A stretch of 64,000 nucleotides of DNA from Chroococcales cyanobacterium (GCA_038259125.1 JBBSPC010000001.1:25190-89189), one strand, 5' to 3'; counted from the first letter of the stretch, positions 53,275 through 64,000 are shown. The notes: a model not told the origin generated them from the letters alone. A program made the numbers and translations.

Positions 53275-54873
53275 TTATTCAGTGTTCATTTGAGTAATAG
53301 AATATGGGGGAAGTATAATATTTTGCTCTGTTTTACCTATTTTTTCTTGCAATATTCCTGGTTTAGTAATCAAATCTCTTGGAGAACCTGAAAGAATTTT
53401 ATAATTTATTTTTTCTGGGAAGAAAGAACTAATTACAACTTCAATTTGGCGAGGAGATAAATTGAGAATTAGTGAATTTTGTTGTTTTTGATTGGTAAAC
53501 ATCCAGCCATACAATGCGGGAAAAGGAAATTCGTCTTTACCTGTTAGGATAGGATTATTAGCAAAATCAATCCTTTGAGCGTTAGTCATTCCTTCAGTTG
53601 CATCGCCTAGCATTTTTAGAGCAGAACCCGTAGCTGACAGGGCAAGAGGTTGAGATACAGCGTTTTTATCCGAAGGATTATTAAAGCTTTTTTCATTTTT
53701 TAGAATAGTTGAGAATTGAGAACTACCGATTAACATGTGATTACAGGCCATATCGATACGAGGATCTTCTAAGAAAAGTAAACCCATTGATAAGGCATAC
53801 ATTCCATGAATCCAACTTCCTACAACTCTCTGTCTTTTTGCTTCTTGAGTTGTATTAATCCTTTCTATTAAATTGTATTCTGTAACCCAAATTTTCTTGT
53901 TCTCAGGAAAATCGCTAATAGTATTACTAGTCTTGTACCAGCTTTTAAAAGGCTCTCCCAAAATAAGCGGAACATCTTCTTTGAGGAAATAAGGATATTT
54001 TTCAGTTGATATTTTTCGGTTGACCAAACCATTGCTAGGATATTTATGAATAGTTATCGCATCTGCTAAAGGCAAGCTTGTTGCAATAATTTCTTCATTC
54101 CATTGATAATCTCGGCTCGATCTATTTTTTCCTCTACTGCCTACTCCAATTACGGCAATTTTTGCTTCAGGAAATTCCTTTTTTATTGCAGATATCCATT
54201 GATTGGCTGTTTTGGCATAATTCTCAGGGCGAGGAAACATTTTACGATAATTTTTTGTGCCAAAGTAAAATTCATTACCAAGCTCAACGTACTTAACGGG
54301 TAGCCCTAAATCTCTTGCTGTTTGTAACATTTTTAGTTGAGATTTGAGATTGGAAGTAAGCATATTCAAAGCAAATACTGGAGTTAAACCATTTGTTTTG
54401 AATTCAGCAGAAAAATCTTGAAGTTTACTTGCAGTATATTGACGGTCTTTATTTGACAAAAAATGAGGTAAACCTTCAGGCAAATTATTAATGTCTTCTA
54501 TTAGTCCCCCTTTCTGCCAATTCCAATAATTAGACTCAGCTCCTCCTGGTATACGTATCGTTCTCAGATTTAATTTGTTAACAGAATTCCAGAATTTTTG
54601 GTTGTCCCAAGATTTAACTCGCAGAGAATTTACATTAGAACAGACATAATTAGGTGAAAACGATCGAATAGAAGGCGAGAGAGTAGCGATAGAGAGTTCC
54701 TGAGTATTAGATTGAGTTGAAAATTGTTTCTTTTGAGCTAACGACAAATTAGATTTTTTATTATTTATACAAGAAGTTGTTTCTAGTAAGAGGATAAAGA
54801 GGATAAATGTTAAAACAAGCAGATTAATGAATTGAGATAAATGACTATTTTTACTATTTATTTTCATATTCAA
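53275..54873 (-). CDS. Exported clan GH-A-like glycoside hydrolase (GH51/GH79-like)
   Basis: N-terminal hydrophobic anchor, LRTIRIPGG..NYWNW, acid/base ELGNE, candidate nucleophile WVTEYN. Confidence 0.7.
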   Translation of the reverse strand: MNMKINSKNSHLSQFINLLVLTFILFILLLETTSCINNKKSNLSLAQKKQFSTQSNTQELSIATLSPSIRSFSPNYVCSNVNSLRVKSWDNQKFWNSVNKLNLRTIRIPGGAESNYWNWQKGGLIEDINNLPEGLPHFLSNKDRQYTASKLQDFSAEFKTNGLTPVFALNMLTSNLKSQLKMLQTARDLGLPVKYVELGNEFYFGTKNYRKMFPRPENYAKTANQWISAIKKEFPEAKIAVIGVGSRGKNRSSRDYQWNEEIIATSLPLADAITIHKYPSNGLVNRKISTEKYPYFLKEDVPLILGEPFKSWYKTSNTISDFPENKKIWVTEYNLIERINTTQEAKRQRVVGSWIHGMYALSMGLLFLEDPRIDMACNHMLIGSSQFSTILKNEKSFNNPSDKNAVSQPLALSATGSALKMLGDATEGMTNAQRIDFANNPILTGKDEFPFPALYGWMFTNQKQQNSLILNLSPRQIEVVISSFFPEKINYKILSGSPRDLITKPGILQEKIGKTEQNIILPPYSITQMNTE

Positions 54874-55231
54874 TAGCTGATCCTACATTTTATTTAATAC
54901 AAATCCATTTGAGGACTGTTTATTCCTTTTCAGCCAAAGACTAAAAATATCCAAATCCAAACCAACTTAATAATTTAATTGTAAGACTACATACTTTAAT
55001 AATTAAAAAATCTTGATGATTTTCAAATTTACTATTTCAACAATCTTGACAAAACAAGATAAAAAAATGAAAAAATAATTTGTTTGCAATTAATTTAGTT
55101 AATACAAAACTTTGTATTAGATTAAAAAAAATTATACTTGATTAGCAGTTAAGATGTTGGGAAAATAAAATTTATTTGCTAAAGTTATTAAAGTTTATAA
55201 ACCTATAAGCAAAACGCTTGATTAGTTTTTA

Positions 55232-56437
55232 TCATAATACTTTCCGGTAAACGCTTATCAATTTTTGATAATGATTTTGTGAATTAAAATGTGTTTCAAC
55301 CTTGCGTCTACCAGCTAAACCCATTTCCCTCGCCTGAGTTAAATGTTCAGCCATCCACAGCATTCGTTCTCGTAATTGTTCTGCATCTCCTGGATGTACA
55401 AGATGACCATCAATGCCGTCAGTTACTATCTCAGTCATTCCACCAATTCGGCTGGCAATTACTGGTCTTCCATGGGCAAAAGATTCAATCAAAGTTAGAC
55501 CAAAAGTTTCATACCATTGCGATGGGGTTATAGTACAAATACTATGGCGAATAAGTTTCTGTAACTCTCGCATGTGCTTAAATCCTAACAAACTTATATG
55601 ATTTAGCTCTCTTTCTTGAATTAGTTTCTCTAGCTTTGGACGAGCGGTGCCATCGCCTACAATCAATAGAGGAGTATCCTTAATTAACGATGCAGCTTCA
55701 ATTAGAGTAAAAATTCCTTTAGATTGCTCTAATCTTCCAAAGTAAAGAAAGTATTCTCCTAGTACTGTACTTGGTTGGTAATCTGATGTATCAATAAAAT
55801 TATGTACTGTAGTTACTTTATCTGCTAAAAGACCTAATTCAATTAATTTCTCTCTTTGAAAATCACTAACCGCTATAAAATGATCTATTTTACTGACTGA
55901 ACCTAACATTTTGGAAACAGAAGACTCTACGGTACTTAAGATCGACCTTGATAAAGAACCTCTATTACACCTTTTTAAGGTTGCCTGCCAAAAAGCGTGA
56001 CCATTACAAGCTTGGCATATATTACCATTAGAGAGAAGAGTATAAACAGGACAAACTATTTTGTATTCATGCAAGGTTTGCACTATAGGAACATCAGCTT
56101 TTTTGAGTGGCGATAAAATTGAAGTAGTAAGTTGACCATAGTAAATATGTAGATGTGCAAGATCGATTTGATGGTCGTATAATAAACTTTCCATAGACAA
56201 TGCAGCAGATCTTGAATATACGAATTCAAGTAAATCTTTTGGAGTTGGTTGCTCAAAATCTATCCTTCTAGGAAAATATTTAGACCAATGAGTAATTTCG
56301 TTTTTAGGATGTTTTGCTGCAAAAGGAATCACTTGGTGACCATAGTGATTTAACAATTGAGCAAGAGCGAATTGATATCGCTCCGAGCCACCTCGAATAT
56401 GGTAATTTTGACCAGCATTAACAATTGTAAGACTCAC
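55232..56437 (-). CDS. GT4 family glycosyltransferase
   Basis: GGSERY, YFGRLEQSKG, PSQWYETFGLTLIESFAHG.PVIAS..GG..E. Confidence 0.92.
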   Translation of the reverse strand: MSLTIVNAGQNYHIRGGSERYQFALAQLLNHYGHQVIPFAAKHPKNEITHWSKYFPRRIDFEQPTPKDLLEFVYSRSAALSMESLLYDHQIDLAHLHIYYGQLTTSILSPLKKADVPIVQTLHEYKIVCPVYTLLSNGNICQACNGHAFWQATLKRCNRGSLSRSILSTVESSVSKMLGSVSKIDHFIAVSDFQREKLIELGLLADKVTTVHNFIDTSDYQPSTVLGEYFLYFGRLEQSKGIFTLIEAASLIKDTPLLIVGDGTARPKLEKLIQERELNHISLLGFKHMRELQKLIRHSICTITPSQWYETFGLTLIESFAHGRPVIASRIGGMTEIVTDGIDGHLVHPGDAEQLRERMLWMAEHLTQAREMGLAGRRKVETHFNSQNHYQKLISVYRKVL

Positions 56438-56508
56438 TGATATCTTAGTTGGTTGTAGGTTAGATATTAAATAGTTAAATAGGGTAATTTATAATTACTT
56501 GTTTGTAA

Positions 56509-57510
56509 TTACCAAGGAATAGGACGAGCCAATAGATCTGCTAAGATTATCTTTTCTTGGTAATAATATTCCTCGAGTTTCTTTTGAATTGCTTCTGGAA
56601 TTTCAACTGTTTCATTAGTTGAAGCGGTATTGAGTCTATAATAGAGCGTATCAAACCAGCGTCTTACTTGGCGTAAGAAAAAATGAATGGGTAGGTTATA
56701 TGTGTATTGTCGAATGTTAGTACGAAACCGTTCATAAGCACCATGTAGTTTTGGATTTTTCATGGTTTTAGTCTGATTAAATATTTCAAATTTGTATTCA
56801 TCGTAAAAAGTAGAATCAATGCCAGCAAAATCACAGACATTTTTGACTACAGAACGAGGAGATGAGCATAAATCTTCATAAAAACCAATATAGACATTAT
56901 CACGACCAAATATTTCAAAATATGGCTGCAAGTAATTTGAATAACATCCTTGTTTGAGCATATTGAAAAAGTGAATCTGTGGAATAAATTCGGATGAGTT
57001 TTTACTATCTTGCACTTCTAATTTAGAATTCTCTTGTTCTAGCTGTTTCTCCACATATTCCTCAAATATCATTTCTTTAGGAATGAATGCTCTTTGTTTT
57101 GCATATCTATAGCAAGAAATTAGTCGAGAGATCGGTTCACGGAGAATAAAAATAACTTTGGTATTGGGTAATGATGTCTTGATTCTTTGAGGAGTACCCC
57201 ACGAATAGAGATAATCAGGTGAAGCCTCCATCCTTAAATGCTCTAAGCTTAATTGACTCGGAAAAAATGTATTGTATTTCTCTAAACCTTGTGACCAGTT
57301 AGTCCCAAATGATGGTACCAAATAATCGTTATCAATAAAAAAACGAGTTTCTTTTTTAGCAGCAGCACAGACTTTCGGATGAGCAGCTAAGTAATAAAAC
57401 AAAGATGTTGTTGCAGCTTTATTAGTACCGCCAATAATTAAATATTGATGTTCTAGGAAACTGGACATAATTAAAAAGACAATTATAAATTTGATTTCGA
57501 GAATAAACAA
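56509..57510 (-). CDS. Sulfotransferase family protein
   Basis: IIGGTNKAATTSL (PSB variant), KETRFF, EASPDY, ILREPISRL.S, FYEDL. Confidence 0.85.
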   Translation of the reverse strand: MFILEIKFIIVFLIMSSFLEHQYLIIGGTNKAATTSLFYYLAAHPKVCAAAKKETRFFIDNDYLVPSFGTNWSQGLEKYNTFFPSQLSLEHLRMEASPDYLYSWGTPQRIKTSLPNTKVIFILREPISRLISCYRYAKQRAFIPKEMIFEEYVEKQLEQENSKLEVQDSKNSSEFIPQIHFFNMLKQGCYSNYLQPYFEIFGRDNVYIGFYEDLCSSPRSVVKNVCDFAGIDSTFYDEYKFEIFNQTKTMKNPKLHGAYERFRTNIRQYTYNLPIHFFLRQVRRWFDTLYYRLNTASTNETVEIPEAIQKKLEEYYYQEKIILADLLARPIPW

Positions 57511-57562
57511 TAAGAGACTACTGTATTGTTTTATTGTTAACTTACCACTTTTTGTACCTTTC

Positions 57563-58495
57563 CTATTTTTCTTTAATTGGTGAAATCATGTTTGAAAAAC
57601 TAAAAAGATAATAAAAAGTCATCATTGATATTTTAATTTTGTCTAGCCATGATACATTAGATAAATAATAGTTTATATAATTAATTCCTTCATTGTTCAT
57701 TACTCTATTTTTTAAATAAATACTGATACCTCTAGCAAAAATTTTATTAGTATATCTAACAAATTCTGGTAATTTTAAGTGCATGAAATAAGCAACAACG
57801 ATATTTTTATATGCTCTTCTTTGTGCAAATATCTTTCCCATCTTTAAAGTATTACCATTATCCTCATGTATTCCCTGAACTGCTAATTTCTTGTCTAGAA
57901 AAAAACCTTGACTCAATGCGATCGCTATAACCACTAAATAGCGATCTGCTCCTCTTGTAAGAGATTCAGTCATGGGGAGAATTGACTTAATTAAAGAGTG
58001 CTGAAAACACAGTCCTGAAGTTGGAGGAGGATAAAATGGGAGCTTACCATGTTTTATTTGTGTTATAAAGTTACATTTGCGCGAGCTTTTTTCGCGGCTA
58101 ACTCCAACAAGTTCTTCAGAACTCTTATCTACTAGGTTGAGGGAGTGAAAGCACCAGCCAATATCTGGATGCTCTGTAAATATATCAACAATTTCTGCTA
58201 CTTTTTTTGGTAAAAAAACGTCATCAGAGTCAAGAAAGCAAATAATATCTCCTTTGCTAACTGCAAAACCAGCATTAAAAGCTGACGCTTGCCCAGCATT
58301 TTCTTTAAAAACAGGAGTAATGCGATCGCCATAGCTAAGAATAATTTGTTGTGAGTTATCAGTAGAACCATCGTCTACAACGATTATCTCCTTATGGCAA
58401 TAAGTCTGACTCAGAACGCTATTGATAGCGTCTGCCAAAAAAGATTCATAATTGAAATTGTTGATAATAATGCTTACGAGAGGCTCATTTTTCAT
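57563..58495 (-). CDS. GT2 family glycosyltransferase
   Basis: VSIIINNFNY, VVDDGSTD, NAGQASAFNAG, FLDSDD. Confidence 0.92.
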   Translation of the reverse strand: MKNEPLVSIIINNFNYESFLADAINSVLSQTYCHKEIIVVDDGSTDNSQQIILSYGDRITPVFKENAGQASAFNAGFAVSKGDIICFLDSDDVFLPKKVAEIVDIFTEHPDIGWCFHSLNLVDKSSEELVGVSREKSSRKCNFITQIKHGKLPFYPPPTSGLCFQHSLIKSILPMTESLTRGADRYLVVIAIALSQGFFLDKKLAVQGIHEDNGNTLKMGKIFAQRRAYKNIVVAYFMHLKLPEFVRYTNKIFARGISIYLKNRVMNNEGINYINYYLSNVSWLDKIKISMMTFYYLFSFSNMISPIKEK

Positions 58496-58814
58496 TGATT
58501 TTTTTAAAATAATAATAATATAGTTAACTGTAAAATCTCTGCTATTAAGATTAAATTATAAAATTAAAATGTATTTATGAAAGCGCAGCTAGTATAGATA
58601 CATTAGCGATATAACTATATTAATTGTCTTCTAATTACTTTTTTTAAAACCCTCACATTCTCTTGAGGGAAACAAATAACATTAAAATCAACTGTATAGG
58701 CAAAGTAATTTGATAGAACATTGCAATAAAATTAGCTTTTTTCTGCATTATAATTATCCTCAATAATGAAATACACCCTTTTTATAAAAACCAAAAACTG
58801 CTTCAAGGAAATTT

Positions 58815-60305
58815 TCATGATGAAGTAAGTTTTTCTTGGCTATATAAATTAAACATCAAACCTGCAAACAACCAAAAATATAAACTATAAATGCGAAATT
58901 CAATAGTTCGATTAAAAAATAGTAAAAAAATAGTAACCAAAGTTATAGCTAAGACAGATAAAGATATTTCTTTAATTACTTTTTTTTGGGTTCGAATATA
59001 TATAATTCTAGCCCACCTATATAATCTATAATATGTCCATATCATAGTAGACAAACCAGCAACACCGTAGAATGACATGATTGCAACCCAGTATACATCT
59101 TTAAACCCCTCTTCTGTCCACACCTTGGTCAAGAATGATGTCGGACTATTATTAAGATTTTCAATTGTTAAAAGCTGATCTGGACCATATCCTAAAAATG
59201 GCTTGTTATAAATCACAGTTAATGGAATACCTGTCAAAGCACCAAGTCTTTGTTGTTTGGCAATATTAATATATCTTTCTGTGAAGATCCCTGTGATGTT
59301 ATCAACTACGCTTTGTTGTATTTGACGGTCGTTTCCAGCATATTGTGGGCCATTGAAATTATCAAAAAAGTTAATATTGATCAATATAAATATAATAGGA
59401 ATTAATAAGCTAGTTAGGATTAGTATAATTCCTATACGTTTTTTCTTTCTTTTATAAAATTTAAGTAGCGAATATGCTAGCACTATTATTACAGCAGAAA
59501 TAACACATATTCGCACGTAGCTTAAAGCAATTACAATTATTGTGCCAAATATTAAAATACTTGAGAATACATTTTTTTTCTTGCTGCTACTCTTTACCAA
59601 ATAAGATTTGTCATATTTTAGAACTTGATGATTTGCTATATACATTCTACTGATAATTAATATCAAAAATAAAGTCATAAAGGTAGCAAATAATACCGTG
59701 TCTCCTGTAGTCCCATAAATACTACCTATTTCTCTTCCTGATAAGAGTGTATAATTTTTTGTAACCCCTCCAATGTCAACCTCGCTAGACCTTGGTTTAA
59801 GAAAGTCATCAATTGCTCCCCTACTTAAAAACTGAACTATGCCAATAGTAAGTTGAGCTGTTCCTACATAAATAAAGTAGCGTATAATCGTATTCGCCCG
59901 CGTTAAAGTAATATTGATATTAACTATTAAATAAAATAGAATTATATATCTTATAACAGGTCTAATACTTGTTATGCTTTCAAACACATTTGCTTTATTT
60001 ACGATTGCTGACATCAATGCTATTCCCAAAAAGATGACTATTGGCAGATCTAATGGTGTTCTAAAAAAAGATATTCCTTTAATTAATTTTTGAATAATAA
60101 TAATGGCAAACAAAATATAAATAGATAGTTCACTTAAAAAACGGGCATAAAAATAAAGTCGATCTGAAACTGGTAAAAATTTAAGTGTAAAATCTTCAAA
60201 TGGTATAAAAACAACAAGAAACAGTATTAGCCAGTAGCTTAGCCGATCTAAGAAGAAGCCTTTTTTGTGTAATAAATTATTTTGGGTATTTGTGGGTGAC
60301 AGCAT
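58815..60305 (-). CDS. Putative polysaccharide polymerase (Wzy-like multi-TM protein)
   Basis: More than 10 hydrophobic segments, KPFLGYGP, and its position in the EPS cluster. Confidence 0.7.
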   Translation of the reverse strand: MLSPTNTQNNLLHKKGFFLDRLSYWLILFLVVFIPFEDFTLKFLPVSDRLYFYARFLSELSIYILFAIIIIQKLIKGISFFRTPLDLPIVIFLGIALMSAIVNKANVFESITSIRPVIRYIILFYLIVNINITLTRANTIIRYFIYVGTAQLTIGIVQFLSRGAIDDFLKPRSSEVDIGGVTKNYTLLSGREIGSIYGTTGDTVLFATFMTLFLILIISRMYIANHQVLKYDKSYLVKSSSKKKNVFSSILIFGTIIVIALSYVRICVISAVIIVLAYSLLKFYKRKKKRIGIILILTSLLIPIIFILININFFDNFNGPQYAGNDRQIQQSVVDNITGIFTERYINIAKQQRLGALTGIPLTVIYNKPFLGYGPDQLLTIENLNNSPTSFLTKVWTEEGFKDVYWVAIMSFYGVAGLSTMIWTYYRLYRWARIIYIRTQKKVIKEISLSVLAITLVTIFLLFFNRTIEFRIYSLYFWLFAGLMFNLYSQEKLTSS

Positions 60306-60594
60306 AAATATTCTATAATTTAACTTTTGATTTAGAGTCTATTTTGATATAAATCTATTAAAAATATCATCTTTAACACAAAGATTTTAAATGGTCTGAT
60401 TTTAGATTGACTGTTAATGCTAAACTTCAATGAAACTGCAAATAATTTGATTGTATACTAATGACGGAAGCTAAAAAAATTTTGTTTAATGAATTCGCCA
60501 TACCTTTTTGACAAGTAGAGATAAGATGCAGGTCTAAGTTATACTTCAACCGATAATAAAGAAAGGTATTGTAATTATAATATTTACCTATTAC

Positions 60595-61938
60595 TTAGAA
60601 TCTGCCTAATGCAGTAGAGTTTATCCCTATTTTGTTGCGTACCCATATAACTTGTAAAGTATTTACTACAACAGTACTAATTGCGGTAGCGGCCGCCGCA
60701 CCGTTAATTCCCCAGTTGGGAATCCACAACCAATTTAAAATAACGTTCAGCAGTACGTTAACCACACTCCCTTTTAGGTTATATGTTTCGTTACCTGTCA
60801 TATTTAATATAGTACCCACCGAACCAGCGGCAATACTAAATAATTGTCCCAGACACAATATGGTTAAAGCCGATCTAGCCCGTACAAACTCAGAGCCAAA
60901 TAAAGATAAGTACCAGTTACCACCAAAGAGCAGAAAGGCAGCAATTGGTAGAGACATTAACAACATCATCCGCGAGCTCTTGGTAACTACTTGTTGAATT
61001 TTCTCAAGCTTTTTTTCTGTATATAGACTGGCTATACTAGGACCCAAAACACTATTAATAGCCGTCAAGACAAATGCAAGTAATTGTACTCCTTGAACAA
61101 TAGGACCATAGAGACCTGCTGCTTCAGTTCCTTTTATTGCTCCTAGCATTAAAACATCACTGCGGGAAGTAATTACATACATACCACCTAAAAGCATAAA
61201 AGGCAAAAGTTTAGTCGACCAAGTTTTAGTTTTATATTCACATGCTGTATGCTTAACTGGTTCTGGCAAAGCTTTTTGCAATAAGTAAATTCCGATCGCA
61301 AAAGTTATAATAGTAGCAATTAGTCTTGTTCCTAAAACCCAAGCTGCTGTTAATTGTTGATCAACAAATAGATACAAACACCCAGTTAAAACCATTACTA
61401 CTAGAGGAACAATGAGCATTTCTGGCATTAATCCCATAAAGACTCGATTTAAACCTTTCATTGTCGAAAGCCTGACGTTTCTCAATGCCGTTAGTGGCAA
61501 TAGCAACATAGCTATAACGAATGCCAGAAACATCTGAGGTTGATCTTTGATATCTAAATTCCAGACTATTGCGATCGCAATAAAGGCGATGACCAAAGAA
61601 TTTACTAATACTATTTGATTTGACCAACGCAAAATACCACGAAGTAAACCCCAAGAAGATTGCGCCTTGTATATAGCCACTTCCCGAACTAATAAACTAT
61701 CTAGTCCTAGAAGTGCTGGAATAATTAGTAACTGATGCCATGCCAAAGTATAACTGTACACACCAAGACCTTTTACTCCCAAAAGGCGAGCTAGCAAAAC
61801 ATTAAGTACAAAACCCAAGCCTGAAGCTACAATTTTCAAACCCATCACACCCATAAAGCTTTTAAAAAAAGTATTTTTTAGCTTTTTCAATAGAAAAGAT
61901 GGTAAGAAATTATTCAAATATTTTTTCAACTTGGTCAT
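60595..61938 (-). CDS. Polysaccharide flippase (Wzx)
   Basis: LARLLG..G.GVYS, SRSDVLMLG..G....AGLY, WIPNWGINGAAAATA. Confidence 0.9.
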   Translation of the reverse strand: MTKLKKYLNNFLPSFLLKKLKNTFFKSFMGVMGLKIVASGLGFVLNVLLARLLGVKGLGVYSYTLAWHQLLIIPALLGLDSLLVREVAIYKAQSSWGLLRGILRWSNQIVLVNSLVIAFIAIAIVWNLDIKDQPQMFLAFVIAMLLLPLTALRNVRLSTMKGLNRVFMGLMPEMLIVPLVVMVLTGCLYLFVDQQLTAAWVLGTRLIATIITFAIGIYLLQKALPEPVKHTACEYKTKTWSTKLLPFMLLGGMYVITSRSDVLMLGAIKGTEAAGLYGPIVQGVQLLAFVLTAINSVLGPSIASLYTEKKLEKIQQVVTKSSRMMLLMSLPIAAFLLFGGNWYLSLFGSEFVRARSALTILCLGQLFSIAAGSVGTILNMTGNETYNLKGSVVNVLLNVILNWLWIPNWGINGAAAATAISTVVVNTLQVIWVRNKIGINSTALGRF

Positions 61939-62118
61939 AAAAATTTAGCCAATTTTTCTAGTAAGTCACACTCTGTATAAAAAGATAATGGAGATTAGAA
62001 ATTGAGCTTGGCAATTTTGTACATATATTTATTTAACAAGTTCTCAAGCATCCTTAATTAATTACCTACTGACAACAATATAGTATAGTTATCGTTTAAA
62101 TTGGTGTATTATTATTTG

Positions 62119-63042
62119 TTATCTAAGTATTGTTTGATTTTTAATCATATAAAACTTTGTTTCTGACCAAAGTCCGAAGTAATGCAAGATAAATATAACA
62201 ACTATGAGCTTAAATTTTTGTCTTACATTAATTGAAGAATCTAAACGATATAGCTTGCCAAAAGCCGATTTTGTCGGTGGTTTCAAACGCCATAAAATTT
62301 TCGTCAATCTATGATAATTAAGCCTAAATCTATTATCTATAGATAAACTATCAATGTCATAACCTCCTTTTCTAACCCTGGCTATTTTTTTAGACATTTC
62401 TTTTAAAGAAGATCTGGCAGGATGTTCTACACAAGCATTTTCAGCATAAAGTTGGGAATATCCATGTTGAAAAACTCTTTTTCCCCATTCTTTGTCTCCT
62501 CCAGATTGTAAATTACTGTTAAAAGTACCCACGTGATCGACAACTGTTTGACAAGTAAATAAATTAGCCGTCGCACCGTATTGATGCTGTTTAATGTCTT
62601 TTTTTTGATCCATAAAAGATAAGCTGTCATAAAGTTCGACGGCATTTGGGTTTTGAGGATTTTGATAAAAAAAATCAATTTTTCCTGCTACCAATCCACA
62701 ATTCGGTACTGATAATAAACGCTTTACACCATTTACTAACCAATCTGAATTGGGAATGCAATCCGAATCTGTAAAAGCTAATATCTCTCCTTTAGCAATA
62801 GCAATGCCTCGATTGCGAGCAGCATAAGAACCAGGCTGATTTTCACGGGTAATTATAACTTGCTGAAACCTAGAGATCAACTCCTCCCAATTTTCCTCCG
62901 AGCCGTTATCAACAACTATTACTTCATATAATTCTTGAGGATAGGTTTGATTATCTAAGGCGACCAAAGTTTTACTTAATCCTTCAAGATTATTCAGGAC
63001 GGGAATAATGACTGAAACAAACTTGTCTAAAGAATTCACCAT
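62119..63042 (-). CDS. GT2 family glycosyltransferase
   Basis: VSVIIPVLN, VVDNGS, PGSYAARNRG, AFTDSDC, SGGD.EW. Confidence 0.92.
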   Translation of the reverse strand: MVNSLDKFVSVIIPVLNNLEGLSKTLVALDNQTYPQELYEVIVVDNGSEENWEELISRFQQVIITRENQPGSYAARNRGIAIAKGEILAFTDSDCIPNSDWLVNGVKRLLSVPNCGLVAGKIDFFYQNPQNPNAVELYDSLSFMDQKKDIKQHQYGATANLFTCQTVVDHVGTFNSNLQSGGDKEWGKRVFQHGYSQLYAENACVEHPARSSLKEMSKKIARVRKGGYDIDSLSIDNRFRLNYHRLTKILWRLKPPTKSAFGKLYRLDSSINVRQKFKLIVVIFILHYFGLWSETKFYMIKNQTILR

Positions 63043-63246
63043 TTTGAAATCTAGCTATTAACGATTAAATTAAAATAATTTGTTGTCTGAGATTTAAAAT
63101 ACAGTTATTAGGAGTAAATAATATTTATTGTTGTTGAGCTAGTACTCATTTAAATTAGGATTTTTAAAATCTAGACTTTTTATAACTAAGCTTTTGGACA
63201 AGCGAAATAAATGAATAATAGCTTATTGTTTTTCATATTGCTGAGA

Positions 63247-64000
63247 CTAATAATGTTTATCATTCCAAACAGTGCTTTCTCTCTCGTTACGTAGCAGTAC
63301 TAAACCAGCAAGAGAAATAACGGTAAAAACTATATTAGCCAGCAAAAGTGGTTTTATATCAGAATTACTGGCTTCGTCTGGTAATTCTGGTTCTGACAGT
63401 AATTGTATAGCTGGAAAAGTTGGAGCATCATCCTTGATATCGGATTGAGCTGTCTTCGAGGTTAGGAGAGCCTCAGTAAATTCAGCCTCTCGCCGAAGAT
63501 TCTCTAACGGTAATTGTTCCCGAGCAAGATATTTGAGGCGGGAATTTAGTTCCTGAATCTGGTTATCCAAAGTTTGTCTTCTTACGGTTAGACTTTGTTG
63601 AGTAGTCCAAGTCGCTGCTAATTTTTTCATCATACTTTCTTCATTTTCACCTCTATCTTGACTATCATCAGAACTTTTAAGGTTTAATTTTTCTAAAGTT
63701 GCTCGCTCTACCGGTTTGCCAAGAACTGAACTACCTCGATTTAACAGAGCAGTTTCAACTTCTCTCAGTTTTTCCTGTTCGTTTTGAATGGTGGGAGCAT
63801 CAAATGTAAATCTGGATTGTAAATCTATAAGATTTGCACCAAGCTGACTGTACTCTTGCAGATATTGTTGAAACAGCCGATCAGCCTGAAGACTTGAAGC
63901 ATCAACTGCTTGCTGAGGAGAAAGCTTTAAAGTATCAGATAATAACTGAATAGAATTGTTTGTCTCTTGCAATTCTCGTTCTACTTGACCTTTTTGCTGG
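63247..64000 (-). CDS. Polysaccharide chain-length determinant (GumC/Wzz-like), C-terminal part; runs off the right edge
   Basis: The frame stays open to the window edge (QQKGQVERELQET..). Coiled coil, P..QLLSEP.LP, then one TM helix and stop with no kinase domain. Confidence 0.75.
   Translation of the reverse strand, partial: QQKGQVERELQETNNSIQLLSDTLKLSPQQAVDASSLQADRLFQQYLQEYSQLGANLIDLQSRFTFDAPTIQNEQEKLREVETALLNRGSSVLGKPVERATLEKLNLKSSDDSQDRGENEESMMKKLAATWTTQQSLTVRRQTLDNQIQELNSRLKYLAREQLPLENLRREAEFTEALLTSKTAQSDIKDDAPTFPAIQLLSEPELPDEASNSDIKPLLLANIVFTVISLAGLVLLRNERESTVWNDKHY

Overview
AT-rich cyanobacterial chromosomal window, shown by petCA, apcE-apcABC, crtP/crtB and frequent HIP1 GCGATCGC octamers. 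Both ends hold minus-strand Wzx/Wzy-type exopolysaccharide (EPS) clusters. The left one (1-6074) has a priming sugar transferase, Wzc, Wzy and a partial Wzx. The right one (52189-64000) has a partial chain-length protein, two GT2, Wzx, Wzy, GT4, two sulfotransferases and a clan GH-A-like hydrolase, with cysC about 2.4 kb away. The middle is mostly housekeeping and photosynthesis genes. Accessory material includes an FHA-FHA-ABC exporter divergent from a sigma70-like/DUF1822 pair, a frameshifted IS630 abutting a HigBA-like toxin-antitoxin pair, and an internally deleted group II intron. It also includes two copies of a ~162-bp MITE, a 35-bp TIR micro-element in a stop codon, a tandem-pseudokinase/TM/TPR protein, a GT2 remnant cut at a HIP1 site, and an OmpR-family gene split by an A11 tract. 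No rRNA, tRNA or CRISPR array was seen. All calls come from motifs read by eye; no database searches were run.
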